Below are positions 23,181 to 32,820 of a DNA stretch of 64,000 nucleotides, in pieces. The notes under the pieces were generated by a model that did no database searches, was not told the DNA's origin, and saw only the letters and a list, made by a program, of their open reading frames with translations. Every line of letters starts with the position of its first letter. Position 1 is the first letter of the stretch. The stretch covers positions 32,001 through 96,000 of the forward strand of contig OY970340.1 in assembly GCA_963717465.1 (NCBI GenBank). Reading direction: 5' to 3'. Source of the DNA: Candidatus Bathyarchaeota archaeon (lineage in GTDB: Archaea > Thermoproteota > Bathyarchaeia > Bathyarchaeales > Bathycorpusculaceae). The translations under genes were made by a program, and so were the position numbers.

Positions 23181-24043
23181 TAAAAATGAATGAAAAACAA
23201 GTTGAGTCTAAAAATACTGTACCTGATAGCATAAAACAAGTAGGCGTAACGTTGAAGTACTCACTTCTTGATTACGTTAGATCTCGCAGATTCTTCATAA
23301 TGCTTGCAATAACTGTTCTGATAAGCGTTCTTCTCACCATCCTTGTTGCGTACTATCGACCAGACAGCTTTGTTTCAAGCGAGTTATCTTTCTATAACAG
23401 TTGGTGGGGAACCTCAGTTACATACATAATAATTCTTTCAGGAATATTCTTCGGAGGAGACGCCATTTCAAGCGAATTTCAAAACAAAACAGGCTACTTT
23501 GGAGTCCCAAACCCAATCAGAAGATCATCAATCTACATAGGAAAATGGCTAGGTGCTTTTATCGCGTCCGCCGTAATACTAGGCGTTTTCACGGCGATCA
23601 CATTAGGAAACGGCCTATACTACTTCTCAGGTGTTCCATATCAATTTGCTGAGTCATTCATGTTTGCGCTGTTCTATTTAGTTGCGGTTCTTGGATTCAC
23701 ATTCTTCTTCAGCTCGCTTTTCAAAAGCAGTACATATTCAATAATAGTTACAGCGATACTGTTCTTATTCGCTTTTGCACTTATCCAAGACCTCGTAACA
23801 TCGCTAGTCAACGTTGAACCATGGTTCATCCTAACTTATGGTTCAGGAATCATTAGCAACGTATTAACAGCCACCTACCCAGCTAACATCGTCAAAACCA
23901 TCATGCAAAGAGGACCAGGAGTAAGTGTTACTATGACAAGTTACAATGCAACGATCCCTGAAGGACTTGCAATCATAGCGATATACTTCATCGTCACAGT
24001 TGTTATAGGCTTGATACTGTTCGAAAGAAAAGAATTCAACTAG
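23177..24043 (+). CDS. ABC-2 type transporter permease
   Basis: GDAISSEF..KT..F..PNPI.R..IY.GK motif; about six transmembrane segments. Confidence 0.88.
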   Translation: MIKMNEKQVESKNTVPDSIKQVGVTLKYSLLDYVRSRRFFIMLAITVLISVLLTILVAYYRPDSFVSSELSFYNSWWGTSVTYIIILSGIFFGGDAISSEFQNKTGYFGVPNPIRRSSIYIGKWLGAFIASAVILGVFTAITLGNGLYYFSGVPYQFAESFMFALFYLVAVLGFTFFFSSLFKSSTYSIIVTAILFLFAFALIQDLVTSLVNVEPWFILTYGSGIISNVLTATYPANIVKTIMQRGPGVSVTMTSYNATIPEGLAIIAIYFIVTVVIGLILFERKEFN

Positions 24044-24226
24044 AAACGAAGCACATAACAACCCGCGTTTTCCCTTATTTTTTTCAAGGTAATTTTTTCA
24101 AGTTAACTGTACAAGCATAACTCATTCACCAGTCTGAAGATCCATTAAACACGTGCATGCCAAACTATTGCTCTTGTTTTATTTCGCTTTCTAAATGAAA
24201 ACGATGTAGAAACCGGTGTACTATAG

Positions 24227-24258
24227 GTGCTGCAAAAATCGCAATTGAAATCAATAAT
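24227..24258 (+). repeat. Dispersed direct repeat, copy 2 (copy 1 at 17713-17746)
   Basis: Near-identical to 17713-17746. Confidence 0.7.
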
Positions 24259-24310
24259 GTTAGATTTTCTAAAAGAATTCTGAAGCAACAAAAAAGACAT
24301 CCCTTTTATC

Positions 24311-25262
24311 TTGTTTACGGAAAAAGGCTGGGAAGATGTAATAGTTAGCGCTCTAAATTGGGCGTATACAAGTATTTTATCAAGAATGGTTCACAAGAAT
24401 CAGTTTATAACGAATTGTCAAATGCGATTATTAAAGCTGCGGAAAGCAAAAAAAGCCAAGCAATTGCTTAGCGAATCCGAGCTGAAATATCGCACTGTGG
24501 TCGAAAAATCATCTCAAGGAGTCTTGATTGCTTTAGCTAATCCTCTAAGGATAGTTTTTGTAAATATGGCTTTTTCTGAAAGCGTGGGTTACACAATTGA
24601 AGAATTGCTTTCTATGTCACCAGAAGCGATTACAGGACTTATCTTCAAAGAGGATAGAGCGATTTTTTTTGATCGATTGCAAAAGAGGTTTCAAGGCGAA
24701 ACTGAAAAAAAAGTCCTCGAGTTTAGGGCAGTTCGTAAGGATGGTTCTATTATGTGGGTTGAAGCCTTCTCAAATCCGATAGAATATGAAGGGCAGCGAG
24801 CTGTATTAGGCATGTTCTCAGATATCAGTGAAAACAAGAAGGCTTATCAGGCTCTAAAAGCAAGTGAAGAACAGTTTGGAGAGCTATCGAATTTTCTTCC
24901 TGAAATGATTTTTGAGGATGATTTAACTGGGAAGGTCACTTTCGTTAACCAAAAAGTTTTTGATTTCTCAGGCTTCACTAAAATATGGGAAGACAATATC
25001 ACACATTTATCTACATTATGTCGCTGAAGGAAACGTAATCAAGCTTTTCTACGAGGATGATGGAGCAGGCATATCACAAGCTAACAAGCCCAAGCTATTT
25101 ACGGAAGGTTTCTCGACAGGTAAAGGAACAGGTCATGGTCTTTACATTGTAAAAAGAACCATGAAAGTCTACGGTTGGGAAATAGAAGAAATTGGATCAG
25201 AAGGAAAAGGAGTAAAATTCCAAATCACAATATCCAAACCAATCGAAGTTGGAGCATCGTGA
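24311..25262 (+). pseudogene. PAS-domain histidine kinase remnant with an internal deletion
   Basis: One complete PAS/PAC and the start of a second PAS join out of frame near 24975 to the HATPase tail (SLKYG, EDDGAGI, GFSTGKGTGHGL); no HisKA segment. Confidence 0.75.
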
Positions 25263-25358
25263 TTTTAGGTTCTTTACTTATCAAATCCCATGTTTAAACA
25301 ATGGTATGGTTGCAAGCTTTTGGATGATCATGGCATTCAATATTCTATGTTTTTTGGG

Positions 25359-26087
25359 CTAGAAGTGTATGTTTATGGATTTTGAGAAGTATCCTAGTGG
25401 AGTTTTTACGCGTTCGCCGTAAACTTGTTTCAGCAGTTTTATGTAATCGTTGTTTTGGTCGATTGTAAACTCGTATTTTCCGTTAGTTGAATGTATTTGC
25501 ACTTCAAATTCGTAAATCTGCTGATCTTGTCTTACGAGCCTATCTTTAAGCTTGATTTCGCTTATCGTGTTATTGTTTATGGCAAAGTTTCCTTGTGTTT
25601 CAAAAAATATTGCTGCTGGCGGCATGCTCAGGTACTTTCTTGTGTATCCATAAGTTGTTTTTAATTGGTCGGACCATTGACCCCAAAAGCCTTTGCCTTC
25701 AGCTTTGGCTTGGTCTCGCGCTTGCTGAACAGCATCCTTTAACATTTCATTTGTCAACTGCGCAAAAATTAACCGCTCATTAGTCAACACGCCAGTGTAA
25801 GTATCCCATCGACCAAACGATTTAGATTTTTTAAAAATCATTGCTCCAATTACTACTTCGGAGCCAGATTGAGTTAACGGTGCTGAAGGGGCCATAGGCG
25901 GTGATTGTGCAGCTTGAATTATTTGGGGTGGTGGAGGCGGCGGAGGAGGCGCAGCGTTTGGCATTTGAGCAGGACTCTGCTGTGCGTTATCCATTTCCAT
26001 ATTTACTGGCTTTCCACAGTTGCGACAAAACTTTGCGTTTGGGTTGATCTGTGAACCACAGTTCTCACAATAGGGCATACGGGGCAT
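25359..26087 (-). CDS. Zinc-ribbon domain protein with Pro-rich linker
   Basis: YCENCG...AKFCRNCG followed by a poly-Pro linker. Confidence 0.8.
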   Translation of the reverse strand: MPRMPYCENCGSQINPNAKFCRNCGKPVNMEMDNAQQSPAQMPNAAPPPPPPPPQIIQAAQSPPMAPSAPLTQSGSEVVIGAMIFKKSKSFGRWDTYTGVLTNERLIFAQLTNEMLKDAVQQARDQAKAEGKGFWGQWSDQLKTTYGYTRKYLSMPPAAIFFETQGNFAINNNTISEIKLKDRLVRQDQQIYEFEVQIHSTNGKYEFTIDQNNDYIKLLKQVYGERVKTPLGYFSKSINIHF

Positions 26088-26418
26088 CTCTCATCCTTCG
26101 ATGAGACCTTAACAAATTTAAGGCTATCTTGATTAAAGTTGTTTTTACTAACGCGGACTTCCTGACCAAATCGCTCATGTTTAAGTTTTTTCAGTTTGGT
26201 TTTGAATGTTTTCTCTTCTCCGGTTTAGTTAGGTTTTGCTTTTGCTAATAAATGTGTCTTCTTTGAGGTTTATTGTGTGGCCTTTTGTTGTTGTTTCCAT
26301 TAGATTAGGACAATCAAAAATGGCTTAGACTTAATTAACTTGCGGCATTGTGGCAAATGTTTTCAAAAGCTTTGGTTGTGAAAGAGATAATAAGTACTAG
26401 TGATTAAGGGAACGGAAT

Positions 26419-27366
26419 ATGGCTCTTAATCAACAAGGGGAAGAAGAAAAACCGAAGCCAAAAGCAGAGCACGATTATGTGCGGATCTTTTTTATAATTT
26501 TGTCAGTAGTGTTTGTTATAGCCCTAGCTGTAGTGTACGTTTATTATGATTTAATGCCTGGATTAGAATTCTTAGTCTTTGTTGTGTTAATTTATGCAGC
26601 GTACAACAAGAAGACCTGGAAATTTGTGAAAGATTGGGTTCCGTTTGTTTTAGTTTTCGCTTCCTACGAAAGCATGAATGATCTTGTGGGCGCAACTGCT
26701 GCGTTACACTTACATGATGGACCGTATAATCTTGATAATATTCTTTTTTTTGGAAATAATCTAACTTTAATTTTTCAACATTATTTGGGATCGCCAGTTT
26801 TGGATTATTTCGGCGCCTTTTTCTACACAATTTACCTTTTTGTTCCAACCGTGTTTGCCTTTTTCGTTTGGAGAAAAGACTATGAAGTCTACAAGAGTTA
26901 TGTTATTGCTTTTGGCGTGTTGGTTTATAGTGCCTTATTGACCTTTCTTGTTTATCCTGTTGCGCCACCATGGCTTAACCCAGCTTTAACAGATCAAGGT
27001 CTTGTTCATCTTTTGACAGCATCAGTTGACAAAAGCATAGGATTTCCTGTGTATACAACACTTTATGGATATTTCGGATCAAATGCGTATGCAGCGTTTC
27101 CAAGTCTTCACTCAGCAATACCTTGGCTAGTTTTTCTTTTCGCATACAAAATATGGGGAAAAAAAGCTTTGCCCTTGGTGATTATTCCTGTTGGAACCTG
27201 GTTTAGTGCAATCTATTTAGGTGAACATTACTTAACGGACGTTCTGGGTGGAATTCTTTATGCTACCTTAGCCTACCTATTTGTTGTGAAACTTTTGCCG
27301 TTTTTGTCAAAACGATTCAGTCCTCCACCAAAACTTCAACATTTTTTGAATCGACTAAACAGTTAG
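26419..27366 (+). CDS. PAP2-superfamily membrane enzyme (Aur1/inositol-phosphotransferase-like)
   Basis: YPVAPPW, AAFPSLH and YLGEHY.TDVLGG motifs. Confidence 0.85.
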   Translation: MALNQQGEEEKPKPKAEHDYVRIFFIILSVVFVIALAVVYVYYDLMPGLEFLVFVVLIYAAYNKKTWKFVKDWVPFVLVFASYESMNDLVGATAALHLHDGPYNLDNILFFGNNLTLIFQHYLGSPVLDYFGAFFYTIYLFVPTVFAFFVWRKDYEVYKSYVIAFGVLVYSALLTFLVYPVAPPWLNPALTDQGLVHLLTASVDKSIGFPVYTTLYGYFGSNAYAAFPSLHSAIPWLVFLFAYKIWGKKALPLVIIPVGTWFSAIYLGEHYLTDVLGGILYATLAYLFVVKLLPFLSKRFSPPPKLQHFLNRLNS

Positions 27367-27429
27367 GCTTGCTTGCTGCAAGAAAAGGCCTTTGTGTCAG
27401 TCATAATTTAACGTAAGAAAGTCTATTTG

Positions 27430-27455
27430 TCAGATGATTATTAATAATTATCTGA
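27430..27455. promoter_or_regulatory. 26-bp near-perfect palindrome, probable toxin-antitoxin operator
   Basis: tcagatgattatt|aataattatctga, one mismatch, ending 8 bp before the antitoxin ATG. Confidence 0.7.
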
Positions 27456-27463
27456 TAATAAAT

Positions 27464-27698
27464 ATGTCTGAAAAAGTTAAAGTTGGAATGCGGGGTCAGT
27501 TAGTTATTCCAAAAAAGTTCCGTAAAAAAATACAACATAGAAAGCGGAATAGTAGTTGAAATTGATGACACAGGGAAAGGCTTACTTTTGAAACCTTTCA
27601 ATCCAGTTGCCGAACTGAAAGGAATAGGTAAAGGTTTCTATGGAGACCCAGTTAGGTATCAGAAAAAGATGCGTGAAGAATGGGAAAGCCAACAATGA
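27464..27698 (+). CDS. AbrB/MazE-type antitoxin, frameshifted in the poly-A near 27525 (missed by the ORF track)
   Basis: MSEKVKVGMRGQLVIPKKFRKK then KYNIESG...LLLKP...REEWE in the next frame; its TGA overlaps the vapC ATG. Confidence 0.8.
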
Positions 27699-28104
27699 AA
27701 ATATGTTTGGACACAAATGTCCTAATTTATTTCTTGGAAGGAATCGAACCGCAAACAAGCAAAGTAGAAAATATACTGAACAGTTTTATGAAAGCTCAGC
27801 ATGAAGGAGTAGTTTCAACCATAACAGTTGCACAAATCTTAACCCGGCGCCTACAGGTCGAACGAAGCCAAAGCTGGCGAGGTTAAGAAGCTGCTAAATG
27901 ATTTGACCATTAATAGTTTCAAAATAGTGCCTTTTACGTTTGAAATTGCCGATTTGGCTGCCAACCTGCGAGCAAAGAGAAGTGGAAGATTACCTGGACG
28001 CTTTAATCGTAGCCACAGCACTTAGCCAAAAATCCGATTGCCTCTACTCCGAAGATAAGGATTTGCAACGTTTCAACCAAGAAATCAAAATATCCAAGTT
28101 ATAG
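27695..28104 (+). CDS. VapC/PIN-domain toxin with several frameshifts (error or decay)
   Basis: MKICLDTNVLIYF, STIT, EIADLAANLRA, DALIVATA and DKDLQRF found across frames. Confidence 0.78.
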
Positions 28105-28141
28105 AAAACAATTTCTTAAAATATTGCTTAAAGACGGGCGA

Positions 28142-28183
28142 GCTGATGTGTGGTTGTAACCCGTCTTTGGTCTTAGTATTTCT
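28142..28183. repeat. Degenerate copy of the rnpB 3' end plus shared flanking arm (att-like)
   Basis: gctgatgtgtggttgtaacccgtcttt vs rnpB gctggtgtgttggccgtaacccgtcttt; the tail ggtcttagtatttct is shared with the 33.6-kb copy. Confidence 0.65.
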
Positions 28184-28336
28184 GTCAGGTTTCACACATT
28201 CAACACAACAATGAACAGTTATTATATAAATTTTAAATTAAGAAGATGCGTAACTTAAATTATTTAATGCTTTTTGAACATTAAGAAGTATTAAATATAA
28301 CTTGAACATAAGGGACAAAGACATGAGGTTTGCTAA

Positions 28337-28846
28337 ATGAGAAAGAAAATTGCAATTATTGGAATAATTCTGTTAGTTATAGGAGTTGCGATGCTTGCCG
28401 TAGGAGTGTATGGCGCAAGCGGTTCAATTACGACTATAAGTACGTTTAATCAGCCGAATACTGGTGAATATGTCTCCACTCAGTTCGCCGCTGATTCTTC
28501 TGAGACGCTAGTGGTTAGCTCGCCGTCATCTATCGGGGGACTGGTTCCTGCTCAAGATGTCAACACAGTGAGCTCAACCAACATTAACTCCTACGCAGCA
28601 TCATATAATGCAACAGCCGGAGGAACAGAGGTGTACTACGGGCTCAGCGGCACCTACTGCTACGTAGCTTTCTCTTCAACGTCTCCTAACTCAACAATAA
28701 TCATTCTGAACACTGCTGTCGCTACTGAGTATGGTGTACTGGCGATAGGAGGTATAGCATTCGCTATTATCGGGATTATTATTGCCATTGTAGGTGCGGT
28801 ACTTAAGGTGAAAAAGGTAGAAAATAGCGGCGTAAGTCAAAACTAG
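28337..28846 (+). CDS. Secreted or membrane-anchored hypothetical protein
   Basis: N-terminal signal/TM segment, Ser/Thr-rich middle, C-terminal TM segment. Confidence 0.7.
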   Translation: MRKKIAIIGIILLVIGVAMLAVGVYGASGSITTISTFNQPNTGEYVSTQFAADSSETLVVSSPSSIGGLVPAQDVNTVSSTNINSYAASYNATAGGTEVYYGLSGTYCYVAFSSTSPNSTIIILNTAVATEYGVLAIGGIAFAIIGIIIAIVGAVLKVKKVENSGVSQN

Positions 28847-29055
28847 AATGCTGATGTTGGTTCCAACGAACGGCTACAGAGTCCAAACGACATATTCAAT
28901 TTCACTTTTCTACTTTAGTTGCCAATCTCAGGTAAGAATGCAATGCAACCGCTTTTCTGGTTTTGAGCCGAGGCATTTTGGCAAAATCTTTTATTAATTC
29001 TTAACAAATGTCTAACCGAGATAAGCGCACGCTTACGTAATTGGAGGAATTAAGT

Positions 29056-29997
29056 ATGAACTTTGAAGACAGACTGCATCCTGATTTTGTTCCAGATATA
29101 TCGAGTCTACCTGCGTTGGAGTTTTTGCCTGAAATTATACCTGATTTGCAGCAACTTACAAGAGAACATTTTTTAGAAGCTGGAATGCCTCAAGATGACA
29201 AAATTTCGGTGTATAATCGAAATATTCCAGGTCGAAATGGAGCACCAGATGTTCGTGTCAGAATATATGAGCCTAAAGAAAAAACAGGTTTAATTCCTGC
29301 AGTTGAATGGATGCATGGGGGAGCATTCGTTATAGGATTGCCTGAAATGAATGATGATGTATGTATTCGTATAGCCAAAGAGATTAACTGTATAGTTATT
29401 TCCCCCGATTACCGTTTAGCACCTCAGAACCCTTATCCTTGCGCCTTAAACGATTGTTACACAACATTATTGTGGCTCGCAAATAATTCAGAAGAGCTAA
29501 AAGTTGATACTTCTAGAATCGCAGTGGCTGGAGTAAGCGCTGGTGGCGGTCTAGCGGCAGCAGTATGTTTATTGGCAAGAGACAAAAATGATCTCAAAAT
29601 TAAATTTCAAATGCCGCTCTACCCAATGATAGACGATCGGTTCATTACACAATCAAGCAGTGAAATTCAAGATGAGAGAGTGTGGAACACTGCGAACAAT
29701 GTCTCCAGCTGGAATATGTACTTAGGCGGAAAAAAAGATGACGTTTCTCAATATGCTGCACCTGCAAGAGCTACTGATTTATCAGGCCTGCCACCCGCGT
29801 ACACATGCGTGGGTGATCTTGAACCGTTCCGCGATGAAACAATAGAGTACGTCTCTAAATTAACCAAAGCTGGAGTACCCGTGGAATTTCATCTTAACCC
29901 CGGGTGCTTTCATGGATGCGAACTTATAATCACTGACGCAGAAATAAGCAAACGAATAGTTACAGAGTATGTTCAAGCATTAAAAAGAAGCTTATAA
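29056..29997 (+). CDS. HSL-family alpha/beta hydrolase (esterase)
   Basis: HGGAF, DYRLAP, GVSAGG nucleophile, RDE and HG motifs; ggagg RBS before the ATG at 29056. Confidence 0.92.
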   Translation: MNFEDRLHPDFVPDISSLPALEFLPEIIPDLQQLTREHFLEAGMPQDDKISVYNRNIPGRNGAPDVRVRIYEPKEKTGLIPAVEWMHGGAFVIGLPEMNDDVCIRIAKEINCIVISPDYRLAPQNPYPCALNDCYTTLLWLANNSEELKVDTSRIAVAGVSAGGGLAAAVCLLARDKNDLKIKFQMPLYPMIDDRFITQSSSEIQDERVWNTANNVSSWNMYLGGKKDDVSQYAAPARATDLSGLPPAYTCVGDLEPFRDETIEYVSKLTKAGVPVEFHLNPGCFHGCELIITDAEISKRIVTEYVQALKRSL

Positions 29998-30132
29998 GTA
30001 AGCAATAGTTCGCTTTTAGAAGGAAGAGCAGTACCCCGTTGAGGAAGTGCCTTTAGACGTTTGTTGGTATTGCTATGAAGCCACAAATCGTTAAGTCGTC
30101 ATCTTCCTTGTTAAATAAGGAGGAGTTGTTTT

Positions 30133-30813
30133 TTGGGGCTCTCTGATTATTTCGGTCGCTTTTGGTTCGCTGCAGAACCTATTTTCGGGATTGTGATGAC
30201 TCTTGTCTTTCTGGGTATTCTTAGAAATCAAATCATTTACGCTTATCCATTTCTGCTTGAGCGGATCTTAGCATTTGTTTTCAGCGCTGCAATTTCGTGT
30301 TGCATTGCTTGGGGAATAGTTGATGGTATCTTCTATGCTTGGGAAAATCACGCTTTAGCAACAAGAAAGAACCTTGTAGCAAACAATGCGAAGAACCAGA
30401 AAAAGAGGGATGAGAGCCTCAAAATGGTTGAGGAAGACCTCCAAGATACATATGTAAACATCCTAGATGAAGAGGATAAGAAGAAAATCTATGAAATGGT
30501 CATAGCCAATCTAGCCAAAATTGAAGAAAAAGAGAAAGTGCCCTTAAAAAACGACCTAATAACAATCTTTTTGGATTTGTGCCTGAACTTTGGTGCTTGC
30601 ATAGTGATAATTCTTCCGCTTATATTGCTGCAGAACATACTAGAAATCCGTGAATTAGTAAGTTTAGCAGTTATAATAGCGATTATTCTGATGTTTATAA
30701 TCGGCGTCTGGACTGAAACACGCAAAAGTCTAGTGTTCAAAGTAAAGAAGGGAATTACGTATGCTGTGCTAGGCATAATTATTACTGTATTAACATATTT
30801 CCTAGGTGGGTAA
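30133..30813 (+). CDS. VIT1/CCC1-like membrane protein
   Basis: EPIFGIVM, CCIAWGIVDG; two N-terminal and three C-terminal transmembrane segments around a soluble loop. Confidence 0.6.
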   Translation: MGLSDYFGRFWFAAEPIFGIVMTLVFLGILRNQIIYAYPFLLERILAFVFSAAISCCIAWGIVDGIFYAWENHALATRKNLVANNAKNQKKRDESLKMVEEDLQDTYVNILDEEDKKKIYEMVIANLAKIEEKEKVPLKNDLITIFLDLCLNFGACIVIILPLILLQNILEIRELVSLAVIIAIILMFIIGVWTETRKSLVFKVKKGITYAVLGIIITVLTYFLGG

Positions 30814-31000
30814 CCAAGTGCAAGGCAGAGCCCTTGTCTGTGGGGAGGTATCCTTTGGGAAAGGGTCATCCGCTATGGAGGAGTACAAGGTTTACTTAGC
30901 AGGCGAATCGCATGAAGGTAAGGTCTTCGTTAGACTTTCTCATCTTTGGTGTTATAGTTGCTGTGGTTATTTGATGCAATAAACTTAAATAATTAAGTCC

Positions 31001-31030
31001 AATGCATATCGCTATGCATTAAAATGCATA
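31001..31030. promoter_or_regulatory. Inverted-repeat operator upstream of the ABC operon
   Basis: aatgcata-tcgc-tatgcatt plus an extra aatgcata half-site at 31023-31030. Confidence 0.6.
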
Positions 31031-31040
31031 AGGGAAAAGC

Positions 31041-31592
31041 ATGAACAAAACATCCAAAGTAGCCATCGTAATTATGCTTGTTGTTTTAGTTGTCGCGGTA
31101 TTCGTCCCAGTCTACTATTTGTACTTAGCACCAAAACCAAGCAATAATAGTCAAATAGATATCGGAGATGTTGTAGAAAACATCAATGGATCCATATCCG
31201 TCATGGGCAATGTAGCTAAACCTGAGAATCTAACAATTCAGCAACTATATGCTCTTGGTGTAATTGATCTTAAAGTGGACATTACAACTACTTGCTGTCC
31301 TGGAAGTGGTACATATACTTATACTGGCATAAGCCTAAGAAGTCTGCTTCAAGAAGTTCAAGCTAACAGCAATGCTACAGGCATCGTTTTCTCAGCCTCT
31401 GATGGGTGTTCAGGGAACGTGACGATGAGCGATGTATACGGAAGCAACCAAATGATTCTGGCTTATCTTAAAGATGACTCAGCTATGGCACCGCTGTCTA
31501 ACGACGGCGAAGGACCAATTAGGCTAGTTATCGGCAATCAAACTTCGCCACAGTACTGGTTAAAAGGCATTATTACTGTAGATGTGGTCTAA
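31041..31592 (+). CDS. Membrane-anchored molybdopterin-oxidoreductase-like domain protein
   Basis: N-terminal TM; YTGISLRSLL, ASDG, LAY, GPIRLV and WLKGI motifs; TTCCP. Confidence 0.7.
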   Translation: MNKTSKVAIVIMLVVLVVAVFVPVYYLYLAPKPSNNSQIDIGDVVENINGSISVMGNVAKPENLTIQQLYALGVIDLKVDITTTCCPGSGTYTYTGISLRSLLQEVQANSNATGIVFSASDGCSGNVTMSDVYGSNQMILAYLKDDSAMAPLSNDGEGPIRLVIGNQTSPQYWLKGIITVDVV

Positions 31593-31661
31593 TTTTCCTG
31601 CGCGATCTGTTAAGCTGCAGATTTATGGATCCTTCCGCTGTGACTTGGGGAAACTGGAGCG

Positions 31662-32816
31662 ATGCCAATGAATGCATTTACGTTAGTCTTTAAAAATCTT
31701 TCAAGGCGAAAAGGACGCGCAATTATCAGTTCAACAGGTTTGGTACTGTCCGTTGCCATTATTGTCTCAACTTTTGCAGTTTCAAGTACAATGCAAGCGC
31801 AAGTAGGTGATGAAATGGACAAGTATGGGCCAGACATAATCGTTACGCCTAATACTCAGTCGATTGATGTTGCTTATGGAAGCGTAATTATTGGAAATAA
31901 TTTTATTAATGAAACTGCTGTAAACGCTATCTACACTATCCCGAATTGTGCAAACATTCGTGTTGTATCACCAAAATTGTATGATCAAGTTTCCTATGAA
32001 AATAATACCATTCTAGTTATCGGTTCGTTTCCGGATAAAGAGGCTAAGCTTAAGAAATGGTGGAGTATTACAGGTTCGTTGCCTAACGATAGTGCTAGCG
32101 AGATTCTTATTGGTTCAGCGCTTGCGGCATCGCTTAACCTGACGTTAGGTTCTAACATTCCAATTAACAATGCTTCATTCAAAATTACTGGAATCCTATC
32201 TGAAACAGGCTCTACAGATGATTATTCGATTTTTATGCCATTGCCTATTGCACAAGCACTTTTCAACCAAGAAGGAAAAGTTAGTGAGATAGATGTTAGC
32301 GCATTGTGCAATTATTGTCCTGTAGATGCGATGGCGACGCAAATTATGAATGTAGTGGCAGATGTAAAGGCTGTTCCGGTAAAACAGACAGTCGAAACTA
32401 GAATGCAGGCTGTAGAAACAACATCAAACTATTTGTTGCTTTTAGCATTAATAGTTCTTGTCGTTGGCATTGCTGGAATAATGAATACAATGCTGGCTTC
32501 CGTTCATGAGCGCACAAAAGAACTTGGTGTTTTTATGTCTCTTGGCGCGGATAGTACATATCTTTACAAGGTATTTTTGTTGGAATCAGTAATTATTGGG
32601 TTGATTGGGGGCATACTGGGAACTCTTGTTGGCATAATTTCATCAGTGATACTTGGGCCTTTGATAGTAAATAATTCAATCAGCCTTGCGGAGTTACCCA
32701 TCTACGTTATTCCGCTTGCCATAGGTTTGTCAGTTCTTACAAGCATGGCTGCAAGTCTTTATCCTATTTGGATAGCAAGCAAAACAGATCCGGTTAAAGC
32801 ACTTAGGACAGTTTAG
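31662..32816 (+). CDS. FtsX/MacB-family ABC permease with CxxC motif
   Basis: KNLSRRKGR, NTMLASVHERTKELGV and A.KTDPV.ALR motifs; ALCNYCP in the extracellular domain. Confidence 0.9.
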   Translation: MPMNAFTLVFKNLSRRKGRAIISSTGLVLSVAIIVSTFAVSSTMQAQVGDEMDKYGPDIIVTPNTQSIDVAYGSVIIGNNFINETAVNAIYTIPNCANIRVVSPKLYDQVSYENNTILVIGSFPDKEAKLKKWWSITGSLPNDSASEILIGSALAASLNLTLGSNIPINNASFKITGILSETGSTDDYSIFMPLPIAQALFNQEGKVSEIDVSALCNYCPVDAMATQIMNVVADVKAVPVKQTVETRMQAVETTSNYLLLLALIVLVVGIAGIMNTMLASVHERTKELGVFMSLGADSTYLYKVFLLESVIIGLIGGILGTLVGIISSVILGPLIVNNSISLAELPIYVIPLAIGLSVLTSMAASLYPIWIASKTDPVKALRTV

Positions 32817-32820
32817 ACGA

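Noticed and set aside
25300..25325. atggtatggttgcaagc as another rnpB att relic
   Set aside because: Only about 10 bp of similarity to the weakest copy, which is within chance.
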